DNA of 64,000 nucleotides from Rhizodiscina lignyota (lineage: Eukaryota): NCBI GenBank assembly GCA_010015805.1, contig ML978123.1, positions 806,001 to 870,000 on the forward strand. Reading direction: 5' to 3'. The notes beneath the pieces were generated by a model. That model ran no database searches, was not told the origin of the DNA, and saw only the letters and a program-made list of their open reading frames with translations. The translations under genes and the position numbers were made by a program. Below are positions 47,749-59,900 of the stretch, in pieces. Each line of letters begins with the position of its first letter. Position 1 is the stretch's first letter.

Positions 47749-50700
47749 GCTTGAATTGAGGGGCCAGATGACTCGAGACAAGCGGCTTAGCATTTACTTT
47801 TTTACGTCGGCATACGAGAACGGTTTGGGCGGTCCCCTTGGAACGAGCATGGCGGCCGCGTTGCGAGCGTCAAGCGACAGATCTTCGTCGGTGTGACGTT
47901 GGCAATCAGTGGAGACCGCAGAAGATTGTTCTTAAAAGCTCGTCCTCGCTAAGGTGACAGTGAGGCTCCACCTTGCTCTCAGGGATTGCAGGAGCCACAC
48001 TTTTGGGCAGGGAGCGTTGCAAGGGACATAAGCGTTTTGATATGCAGATGCTCGTAGTAGGCTAGGATGATAGACAAATCAATCAGTAGGCAATTTGCCG
48101 CCCTGAACATGCGAAGAATTTCTCGAAAGCTCCGTCGGTCTGGTTCGCTACTGCCACTAATGCTTTATGCTTAATGCTTAGCTGTGACTATGGACGGCCG
48201 CAAACGCCGCCGCTCGCTCACAAGATGAAGGCATGGCTGGCCTGCATTCCCCTTTCGTCGGTTCTGCTCTCTGACTCTCTGAGTTCACACGTCAGCACGG
48301 GAATCTGTCCCAAATGCTTTAAACGATGCCCACCGTTGTCCCTTAGCGAGACTGCAGGAGGACTGCTGGAGCACGACCCCGATGAGTGGAGAGGAGAGCT
48401 TGACGCCTTCTCTGCCAGCAGCGCGCAACGAGCACGCTTGCGACTCGTGCGCGATTAAAAGATCCCTTTTGCCTTTTAGCACGCTCCCGAAACGGGCGGA
48501 GAAAACGTCCTTCTTGCTGCCTCACCGTAGAGACGCTTCCGCTACCGACCGACGCTATGCGAAATACTGCGGTCCCTGGGCAAAGATCACGGTGCCCGAT
48601 CCATGTCGCCGATCTGGATTGTTCGCTGCCGCGTGCCACGCAGGGAAGACGGCGTGTTCAAGCTTGCCTGCCCTTTTGCCGCGTGCGCGCAAAGACGTGA
48701 GCAGGCATGACGAGAGCAGGCGTCAGAGCCAGGGGACCCGGACGGGGGGACTCGCGAGTCGCTCGCACCATGGTGGTGTGGGTACCATCGGTACCAGAGG
48801 GTACGGAGTTACCTCCTCAGTGGGCGCCTGCTTACCCCGTGTCTCTACTTTGCTCCCCCGGTCGCGCGATGAAATGAGCGGGCGGGAAGAGGGTGAGCAC
48901 GCAACGGGGGACCCGAGCCTAGGGTTTTGGGAGACCCGTCTCCTTGGCACCTTTGCGGTTCGAAGTTCCCATGGCTCACGTTCCTGGCGCGGCGGACGAG
49001 GGAAATTGCAAAGGGATCAATGACGTCTCGCTAGCCACACGCAGGTTATTGTGGCGTGGACATGGAGGGAAAGCCACGCGCAGCCGCGCACCGGAACGGC
49101 TCGCTAGGTGAGCCGCTCTTGTTTAGTGGTGGTTGCGCTAAATCGGGAGAGCGACCAGGTCGCTCGATATCGGAATCGGATGAGGGCGAGGCTTGGCGCG
49201 TTTTGAAGCTAGTTCGCGCTGAATCGTGGGTTGGGCAGCAATGGGAAAACTGAATCTCGTAGGGCAGCGAAGACAGATTCGATAGGGCTATAAATGACAT
49301 GCTCTCGGAAGGAGCGACGATGGCATTGCCAGTTGCGGCTGGCCTGCCCTTGTCTCGCCTGACTCGAGAATGACTCTGTGAATGGGATAGTGGAACTGCG
49401 ATCGTGTCGTGCGTGTGACTGTGGCGACTGTGGATGAGATGCACGGCAGATGCTGATTGGACGAGAGTGTACGATTTACGAGTGGGTACTCAGATGCATT
49501 CTGATATGGCCAGATGTGGCGCCTGAGCGCTGGAATTCTACAGTATGTTCCCCAGCCGCCTCACCTCTCCTCTGCTCAAGCCGCTGCGGAGCCGCAATAT
49601 GCACGCATTGGCCAGAGTCCAAACCATAGATGGTTCTGTTCCTGAATCGCCCCTCACCCCCTTCGTCAAGATTCTCGTCCAAAAAAAAGTTTCTTTCGGC
49701 CGTTCACACGTCAACCCATTCCAACGTCTCATCGCTTCGAACCGAAATCTTAATGCGGAGGTACACTCCGCTTCCATCATCGAACGGACAGTAAGGCTCC
49801 GACCGTTGTCGATCGCCTTTATGACAGGGCCAAGGATGGATCATCCGCGCTCTTTTTTACTTTGGAGATCGGCGTGATTATTGAGGCCCAACCGTAAGTG
49901 CATGGAAGAGTAAAATTACAAACGGTTACCGGAACCGAACGAACATTCCATGATCCCTCCCAATGATACCATTCCCCCTCCGTGTGCCCGAGATACACCG
50001 ACATCCCAATCATTCCCGCGGGCGGGGTACTTCGCGATCGCAAAGCAGTCATACGCGTCCATTCGAGGCGTCGAGTTGGCGTTGGTGAGGCCGGGACGTG
50101 GGTGCGTCGCAAAGTACCGAGGCGAATCAGCCGCGCGCCAGCATGGAAGCGGAAGCGAAAGGCTCTTGAAACACTCTTGGCGATCCTTCCTGCACGCCCT
50201 GAATCGTGAGCAGGACAAGCCTCGATTTTAGCCGACGCAAGCCGGGAACCGGCCAAGCGGCAGTCATCAGGCGGACGCGAGATGCCCGAGACCGAGTTGC
50301 AGACCCGACACCGCCGGGATGAGAATATGTTGCGTGCATATGCGAAAATAAATGCAAAAGCGAAAGCGAAAAAGAGCAACCGAAGGGAACGGGGAGATTA
50401 GGAAAAAGGTGAGAAACGAATACGGCAGAAGATGCGCCATAGCCACCGTGAACAATAAATCGAAAAGCTGTAAACAGGTACACCGGGGTGAAAATGCCCG
50501 ACAACGCTGACCGCCCAGGGGTATTCTTGTGTTGCTCGCAGAAACAGACGATGCTGATTTGACAGACTGCCACCCTATGCGCAAATACAAAGGCGTACGA
50601 TGGTGAACGGAGACGCGCGTGCGGAGAGTAGTAGTCCTCGTCCCACGCACGGCGTTCCAGGAGGACAATAGATGTGGTGAGTACATGATAGTACGAGTGG

Positions 50701-50916
50701 TTCTAGACAAGGAATGTCAGAGTGAGTAGTAGCGCGCTAATGATGGGGTATATGCGATGCTGTGTAAATGCAACAGATAGCCTCCCGGTCGAGATGAATC
50801 TCGAGATGATGATTTGAGCTGGACAATTAGATCAAAAGAAAACGAAATGTAGCAAATTCTAAGTCGTTAGTTGACCTCGAGAGAGATCAAGCAAATGCGA
50901 TGATTGCAGGGCGTAT

Positions 50917-53900
50917 TCAAGTTGACGGTCCAAAGCTCGAGTGCGCAGACGGCAGTCCGGGTTTGTCGCTGCTCATTCCTGGCACTTCGTATTTATCGTG
51001 TGTCTCCAGCACTTTCCTCAGTGCTGCTTGAAGAATTTCGACGTTGACGGCCATGATGCGTGAAAGCGAGGCCAAATTGGTCATAAGGCTGATCGTACGC
51101 TTCAGTAATTCAATGAGTCGTTTCCCAGGTACGAGGTGGTTCCCATGGCTAGGGCCTAGCCAGGAGAGGTAGGCAGCAGAGAGGACGAGCATGTTTCCGA
51201 ATTGCCTTCAAGTTGAAAAAAGTCAGTAGCTTGCACTCTAAAGTTGAGTAGACCGAGAGATAGCACAAAATCCAAAGAATAAGCGATAGGACAATAACGT
51301 ACGCAAGAGCTGTTCCGTGGATGTTCGTCACCAAGAATCTGTTGGGCAACAGCCCATCAAACGCAATAGTGCTGGAGATGGCAGCATTAATGCACATCTT
51401 TGCAGCTCGGATGATATGAATGTCCTGATCATCCGGGTTCAACCGTTCTGTATTGTCTCGCTTGCTTCCAAGCAGCTCCCTTGGAATATGTTGGTCCTCT
51501 GTTTCCACATCTTGAGCGTTGATCGTCCTAGGCTTCATGTTCTTTATCGCGTGGAAGAGGAAAGGGCGGAGGATAATGTATCGCGCTCCGTAGTATTTTC
51601 CTCGTATCCGCGAGACGTTGATATCGGGCGAAGTTGGATTGTCGTCGCTCCAGCCTCTTAGTGACTGTGGTTTGCCACTCTTATTGATGAACGCCCTCAG
51701 GTCTTCAAGGTTCTCTAGTATCGATCCAGAGCTGCCTGGAGAGAAGACCTGTTCGTTAGTGTACTCTGGCTTCTCCTTCTTCTTCCGATACACGAGACTA
51801 TGCGTCTGGTTGAGGATCTTCCTGAGCTGGATCTGTAGGGAGTAGAAGATGTAGACATCGTGAGCATCAGTCGTATCCGCTGATGTGACATCTTCGAAGA
51901 CATTGTTGGGCAAACCTATCTCGTCTTCGAATCGTCCGATCTTGGGGTCGTCAAAATTCAATTCGGCCCGAATGTCGCTGTCGACTGTGTAAGCTAAAGT
52001 CTTAGTACAATCTCGCTCGCCCAACTAACCTCTCTAGTTGCAGGCACGTCCAAAAGGCAAGCTTCACAAGATCGATGTTCTTGTCCTTCGAGCGATAGTC
52101 GTTCAAGTCCGCCTTATTGAATCTGTCGAGCCGTCAGCTTCGAATATCTTCGATGGAAAAAAGTTTCCTCACTTTTCTTTGAGTCGGAGCCACGCTTTAC
52201 ATGCTTTATCGACCCAAAAGAAACTCTCCATCACTCTGGCCAACTGACCCATGTAGAGGCCCGCGAGAATAAATGCCCACACTTGCAGCAGTTCATCGCC
52301 CCTATTAGGCACAGAGGCAAATAGGTAGATAGTATCCTGTGCTTCTGCAAAGTATGCCAGGCCCGGAATGATGTCGATGTTCCGTGCCTCCTTCTTCACT
52401 GGCATTGGAAGCCCATCGTTCGACGGTGCTCGGCTCATCGAGTCGGAAGGTGCACCGCTCATATGTGGAGATGGTGTCATGCTCATCGTCGCCCTTGATA
52501 CTGTTGGAGAAGGTCGAATCGAGCCAGAAGGAGATGCAGCAGATCGTGGAGGAGTGTGGCTATACGCAACAGACGTACCAGCAGAAGCTGGTCCAGGGAG
52601 CTTTTGTGACTTGTACAGCGCAATTCTTCCCAACGCTAAGACGAGAAGAACAATTGCATTGTTTAAAGTCCGGGCAATTGGTCGATGCCTGGGGAAATGT
52701 CCAAAATCCTCGGCAAATGAATTCGTGTAAGGCGAGCCATATCCTTCGCCACCAAATCGAGACATTCTGGACGAGGTAGATCCACCAGATGTGTCTGTCG
52801 AGTCCATATGATGTGGTGACGAATATGGAGGACCCGGAGCCGCGTAATGCACAATGAACGACTCCAGCATCTTTTTGAACCGTGATCGATCCAGAAATGG
52901 GTGAAGAATATGGAAATTCCTGAAGTAGCTGTCCTCCAAAGTTCTGACTGTCCTTTCATCGAGTCTAAGATAGCCGTCGGTAAGCGGACCGCCACAAATC
53001 TCGTCGTTTTCGACAACATTACTGTCATCACTCGCTGGACTGGGAGCAATGGGTTCATTGATTTGAGGCTTTTCCTCTTTGCCTTTCTCGTCTCCTGTCT
53101 GGCCAATGCCATTAACTCGCAACCAACCTTGCATGTACTCATGCTTGGTGACGGTTGGCTCGTTCTGATGGTGAGATTCCCTGTAGAAGTTTTTAATGTA
53201 AGGCCATGTCCGTAGGTGGTCGACGCTCGTAGTATGGTCAGAGGGCATACCACCCAGACCTTCACTTGTGTTCGCTGGTTCCTGATGCTGGCCCTCAGCA
53301 AAAGTCGACGAGTACCCAGTTGGGACGTGGTTCGTTGGCTGTGCGAAGTTCGCTTCCATAGAAGGTATGTTTTCCGATACAGCACTGCCTGGCGGTACGT
53401 TCGTATCTTCGCTTTCCCCATACTCAAACTCTTCTGCTTTCTGCGACGATGTTGTAGGAGATTTCGCATGGCGTGGCGATTCGTCTTCCCCGGTATCTCG
53501 TATCAGAGAATGCTTTCGCTTCGTGCCACCTTGGCCCGCTTGCATCTCTTTCATCATTTGCTCGATGTTGGTGACTCTTTCCAAAATGTCCAACTGGGTA
53601 CGGTCTTGCCTGTGGTCATGTTAGCCTTGGCTATCTTCGACGTAAGATCCAGACAGACTTACTTTGGCGGTTGCGTCTCCTTGTACTCGCACGGAAGGCC
53701 TTCCTTTTCACAGAACGCGCAGGGTCTTTGCTCGTCGCATTTCTGCTTCCTGTTTCGACACTGCTGGCAAGCCTAGAGCTGTGTCAGCTTGCGGGATACC
53801 AAATCATCCTGGCTGGTCGTACCTGCTGCGCTCGATTGGCCTTCTTCCGAGGGACTGACTGCTGAGCTTGGTGGTGCGTGTATGGAGCTTGGCTGTACTG

Positions 53901-54566
53901 TGGTCCAGCGAACTGCGGCTGTGGATGTCCATATCCGTGGGCCACTTGATGTGGCGGACCGGGTTGTTGATGGTGTGGATGTTGCTGATACTGCTCACCG
54001 TGTGGCAGTATGGGCATGCCATGCGGGGTTCCATGCACCATTCCATTCGGAGGAGGATGCTCTCCATACGGTTGTCCATGAGGATTGTGATGGTCCATAG
54101 GTCCACCAGAGTCCACGGAGGACTGCAGTCCACCAGCAGACACTGGCTGTCGTCCTTCACCTCCAGGATGGACCGGCAGAGGGGCGGAGCGCTGGACACC
54201 AGAGTCGACGGAGTAGGATCTCTGTGGATAAGAAGTTGCTACACCATGGGTAGGTGGACCTGCAGAAGAGTAGCGTGGATCCGAGTGAGTGGTACCAGCG
54301 GGCGGCGAGTTGGAGTTATTAGTGTGCGGGAACGCACGTGGTGGGCCGGCGGGCTGCCGGCTCGAACCATACAATGGCGGCTGTGGACCAGAGGGACGCG
54401 CCTGTGATAGAGGCAATGGAAGCGTGAGGTGGCCTTGGTGGGACACGGCGTGGACAGAGCCAACCTGTTGATGCGGATATGGCCGATGGGGGTGGGATTC
54501 AAACTGTCTGGAGGGGGGCGTTTGTTCTAGATGTGGATGCTTCGCATCCTGATCTCCGGGATCCAT
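50917..54566 (-). CDS. Zn(II)2Cys6 transcription factor with fungal TF middle-homology domain
   Basis: Pro/His/Gln-rich N-terminus; exon 53772-53663 encodes ACQQCRNRKQKCDEQRPCAFCEKEGLPC; SYFRNFHILHPFLD, FWTCLQLESDI, KYYGARYIILRPFL. Introns 53822-53773, 53662-53610, 52172-52123, 52029-51978 and 51302-51206 (AAG acceptor). Confidence 0.92.
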
Positions 54567-56875
54567 CCTTATATCGGAGCATGGAGCATCAGAGGAGGCA
54601 ACCAGTAATGAAACAGACAGCCGGAGAGAGGGCTGGCAGACCCTGAAGGCGCAGACCGGAAGAGATCCGAGAAGGGAGAGGCAGCATCGAAAGTCAGCTG
54701 CCAGCTGCTGGGCCCGAGGGCAGCAGAGACGAAACTGGGAGGTGGAGGCTCAGAGTCAAGACCAGCGCGTCATTGGCGCGCAAAGCGGTGGGCCATGGAC
54801 TGACAAACGTCAAGGTCTGATCGCAATTATGACGCTGGATGCTTGCTAGATTGCCTGCCGGATTCGGAGCGCTGAAGCGGGCAGCGTAGGCTAAGTCGTA
54901 CCTAAGCTTCGAAAGACAACGCGCGCAGCAACAGCAATGGAAAGCGGGCCGGGGCTGACGGGCCTCGAGGCGAGCGCTCGATTGCCTCTGAGCAGAGCAC
55001 ACAAGAAGGGGGATGTTGGAATGATGCTAGAATCGGGCGACCGATTGAGCAAGCAGTAGTTAAGCGTGGGAGCGGCAGCGACTGACAGGACAGGAAAGTT
55101 AGCTGTCGTGGGGATTGGTGAGGGAGTGCAGTTGGGGTTAGTGGATGCTGGTGGAGGAGTTTGGCGTGCGGCGCCAGGAACAGAGGCTCGCTGGGCCGTG
55201 ATTACCATGGACCTGGGAGCGTCGAGGAGCAGGTACAGCGCGCTCGTGGGAGATTTCACGATGGCTGACAACGCCGGCGAGCTAGAAGTCTGTGTGTTTC
55301 TGGCAAAGTTTGAGGTGGCCTAGCTCCGTCAATGGCTCAGGATGGGACCGTTAGCGTTGCGATAGCCCAGTTCCAGGTGCCAGGATCACCGTGAACGCGG
55401 TGGCGCTGAGCGGGCGCATCTGTGCTCGAGTCCGTCAGCAGCCTCTGGAGCTGTCACAGCGTTGTGCGGCGCGCAGAGCAGGGCAATGGAATCCGAGGAA
55501 GGCCGGCAATTGCGGAAGAGCGGTGGGCGTGGATGCTGGATGCTGGCTGGATGTGCTGCTGGCATACCACGATTACCCAAAGCGGGCGGCAGGAGTTGCA
55601 AATGACGACGGTTAGCACGCTGTAGGAGTGTATAGCGCTTGGGCAGCAATTGAGACGTCAAATCATGTTTGCCAGCAATTTGCACCTAGTAGCTATGCTT
55701 TGGACGATCAACAGCAGCAGCAGTTCAGTCGCACTTCACGCCGGATCAATGCATACGCCGCCAGGGAGCACCACCAACAACCTGCCACCGCTCGGTGTGA
55801 GGTAGAGGTCGCACTGTATCGGCGTTTTTTTGCTTGCTTGCATGGCACCCCCGGGGATTCGACGTCTACTCCCCGTCTCCAAGGCCAATCTCGACAACAA
55901 TGCCCAATGCCCTCGCGTTGCCCCCTGCCAGGAACGTCGTACAGGCTCATGAATCGCACAAGCGACGTCGATGTCGAGACGTTCCGCGCGTCTTCGCCTT
56001 ATTCTTTGCCTCACGCTCTGCCTTACTCTGCCATTCAGGCAGTTCTCATAGCGATCTCCCGCGATGAAGCGTTGACCCCGAGAGCTGGGCACTTGGAAAC
56101 CGGGGCTACAGAGCTGGCCAGTCGCCGGCGCCCTGACTCTCTTAGCGGCCAGCCATCGGCAGCATGGCCAATCCGCCAGTGCGCCAAGGCGCCAGCGCTG
56201 GGGGCGCCAGCTGCTGGATGAGATTGAAGATTAAGCACTGAAGCAGAGTCTAGTCAGTCGGTCGACAGCAATGCCCCTCCACACGCCTCACCTTTGCTAC
56301 CTCTGCTCTGGCACCCGCGACGTGCTGCATGCCCCCCGAAGGGCGCTGCCGTTTGCCTTCTTCCTCGCTGCAGACGCAGTAACACTGCAATGGCCGATCA
56401 GGGCCCGTTTCAAGCGGCACTGTGAAGCGGCTAAAGTCAGGTACCTCCAGCGGGCCTGCACATGGTGACCCGCTGAGGCTTGTGTGCACAGCATGTGGCA
56501 CTTGTGGGTCTTCTCTCGCTGCGGTGGACGTCTGCCATGCTGCTGGCCGCTCATCAGGAGCTCTGGGGAAGGAGGTCGATCTGCTCCAGAATGTCCTGAT
56601 CTTCGCATGCGAGATTCTCCATGCTCTGAAATGGCACGTCAGACGCACGCTTCGGACAGGGGCCCGTCTTGAGTTACGAGTGTTCGCTCTATTATTTCCC
56701 TCTTGTACCCGCAGCCTTTCCGTCCCGTGCCGTGTCTCCGAAACTCGTCAAACGGCGGAGCGCGACTACACTACAGCCATGAACCCTTCTGGTGCAATAT
56801 GATGCAAGTGGTGCTGCCATGGCGAATCCGCCGCGACAATACACCGCTGCTTCGATTGCGGTGACGGCACTGGAG

Positions 56876-56900
56876 CAGTGTAGTGCAGTGCAGTGCAGCG
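56876..56900. repeat. Imperfect (CAGTG)5 pentanucleotide repeat
   Basis: CAGTG TAGTG CAGTG CAGTG CAGCG read directly. Confidence 0.7.
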
Positions 56901-59900
56901 GCGGCGTGCAGGCATCTCTGCTACATGCTGCCAGCATCGCGAAGAGCCATGCACCGATTCGGACGGAATGCAATAAATGAGGATGGATTCCTGCTTTGCT
57001 TAACCGGAGGTGCCACACTCCAGAATCCCACGCTGTGCACGTTGTTGGCTTGCCTCGAGTGTATCGTAAGCGCAATTGGTGCAAAACATCCTTCTCATCT
57101 CGACTCGCGTCGGTCATTGCGCATGCCTGTGCATATCCAGAAGGGTATGAGGGCGAGCGGGTCCTGGGCGAGGTATCTACGTAGTATCTAGCCAACCTGC
57201 CCACCTTGGTGTCGCAGCGCTTCTTCGTTCCATCGCTCGGACCAGCGCGCGCATCTCCGACGACGTGTGTGATTGATAAGGGCAATTTATTTATTGCGGT
57301 TATTACCAGTCAGGTCGGGCAGCATGCAAATCTTTTCTCGGATGCGGGTCTGCGATGGTGTCTTCAGGTCTGCTGAGCGCAAGAAGGTTTGGCTAGTTTC
57401 ACAGGACCGAGTCAGCTGGGGCAGGGCATGCTACAGCGCTGCCCAAGGACGTTTGCAAGCTTCCAGCAGCGTGGGACGAGTTTTTGCGTGTCATCGCCTT
57501 TGCCCATCGACAAGCACAATCTGTGGCTTCGCGGGCCCACTATTCCGCGTGTTTGAAGGTAGCGGGCCACCCAATGGCAGCGGACAGCGGAAAATATGGC
57601 GTTTGACTGGCTCAGAGGCGCCGTACTTTTTCGCATGGAAACTTCTCCCCACCGCAGGGGCCCGAGGGGAGTCCCGCCGTTTCCGCTCGAGGTGGAATGT
57701 TCGACAGCGCGATTAGCCGTCGATACGAAGTCGACAGACGAGCGCCTTCAGGATGTCGTCGCCCGCCGCGCTCCCAGTGGTGGTGCAGAGCAGCCTCACG
57801 GTGCGCAGCTGCACAGAGTTATTTCCGACCAGTAGCGCCTGTTGCAGGTCGGTTTGATCGCCGATGAACCCATGGGCCATGGGCGAAGCCCTCAAAGTGG
57901 GAGGAGAGCGCGCAGGCGGGCAGCACGAAAGCCTAAAAGCTCAGTTTGCGCGGGCCAATGGGCGGGCGGCAATGCAGAGCCTGGCCACGTGCGGGGAATT
58001 GGAAATCTTGCATCGCAGAATCAGTCCCGGGCCCACGTCTGCCAAAGGTGCTCGCACAGTGCGAAGGGCAGAGTCAGCGCGCACGGAGGACTGCTGGATG
58101 AGACAGGAGTGCATTGTGTTTAAGCGATGTGGTGTAAGGAAGGATGACTATTCATTCCATACAGCGTAACTCTGGTGCACAAGAGGGCATATAAATTCCC
58201 CGGTTAATTTCCCGCCTTTCCGTCGGCCTTTGCGCACATGGCAATGCCACTTCTCCGTGCAGCCCTAAACGGCAGTCGACGTCACGTGCGCGCCACATCG
58301 AGCTAGGCCGCGGCCCGAAGCGGCTAGGCACAGTCCTAGACAGGACAGGCATCAAGTAGTACAAGATCGTCGAGACTCAGATGGCTTCACAGACGGCGCC
58401 GGCACACTCGCTCGTAAATTAAATTAAACAGTGGTCCAATACAGGCCAGTATGACTGCAGCTGCGCGCTGACCATTCCACCCGTCGTTGCAACATAACAA
58501 CCACGAGGCACTCGACTCGCTTCTCACGCGCCTTCTGGGCCATGCTCCGTACCACGCCGCCGAGTGGCCTCACCGCGCACGCGGGCGTCCAGACTGCATT
58601 TCTCGCCGGTGTTTCACTTGCGCTGCATGCGCCTATCCTGCTTCGTCCGACCTTCTTCCGTTTCGTTTCCGCCGCCTCATTTCGTCGCCGGCAGTGTCAC
58701 ATTTTTAAATCTCACGGCTCACTCATCCCGTCCCGACACTCCGGCAGTTGAGATCCATCTACACATCACCACCGCAGCGCGTGTGGGAGTACACCCGTCG
58801 GGGCCCAGGTTCTTCTTCATCAGATCTCGAGGTGCTTGCAGCCGCTGCCGCGATCATGCACATCAAGAACAACCACGTTTGAAGGTCCGTACCGCGTGCA
58901 TGGGTAAGATCATCGCGTGGCCGCATAAGAGAGTGGGCATTGGCACCACGACACCTCTCACGCGGAGAATAAATTTTTCACCTTCGCCCTCTGTCCTTGT
59001 CACATAATGCTGTGCTCTCCGTTCTGTCGAGACCCAGCCAACTATTGTCGCGGCAACCGCGCTCATTCTCCCAAAACCGGCCGCCCTGTGCGCCGGGAAA
59101 AAGTAAAAGGGCTCTCGTTCAAAAAATGTTACCCGTCACATTTTCTGGAAACGCCAGAACAACCACGGTGCCCCCCACAATCTCGACCACACTTTCGGCC
59201 TGCTGCAGGCGCTCGATTTCCTTGCGTCGCAGAGAGCATAATCCAGATCTCACAGGGTCACCCATGGCCCTCCCACCCTTTCTGCTGTCTCTGCACGAGG
59301 CTCCGGACCCGAGAAAGTAACACAGCTGCTCCTCTCTCGGTCACCCGTCCCAGAGGTCTGGTATCACCAGAGACACGCGGGATGCTCCTGGGAACGCCAT
59401 AGCCGCTCTGGAGGGAGAGATCTCATTGCCTGAGGCTTCGCGGGCAACCCATCTCTATGCTCTTCCATTTCTCATTTCGCACTCCTCTCTACGCTATGCT
59501 GAAACATAACTGGATCCCAAGCGCTGCGCGATCGCTTAAAATAGCCGCTCCCCGCGCTTCGTAGCACCGTATAACCCCCGGTAGGCATCGCTCCGACGTC
59601 ATAAGTCATTTTCTCTGGACAGTGAATCGCTCTCCAATTTCTCCGTCTCAAAACTTCTGCTCCCACGTCAAATCCGTCAAGGTCTACATCAGACATCATC
59701 CCGCGCCGATGCGTCGAGAACGTTGCAAAGCAGCCTCATTCGAACATCATCTCGTATCCCTGCGGTGCAGTCACTCGCCTCATGCGCCTCACGCTCAATC
59801 CGGGCAGTTGTGAAGCCTTTTGCCCCTTCGGATGCGTCGCCACGGACGTGACTGTTTTGCTATCACTTGCAGGTACACACAGTCACTTGATATACGGAGC

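Noticed and set aside
48382..49023. 213-aa ORF between PRP6 and the Zn2Cys6 gene
   Set aside because: Arg/Ser/Gly-rich, no domain, no supporting exon structure; expected by chance in GC-rich DNA.
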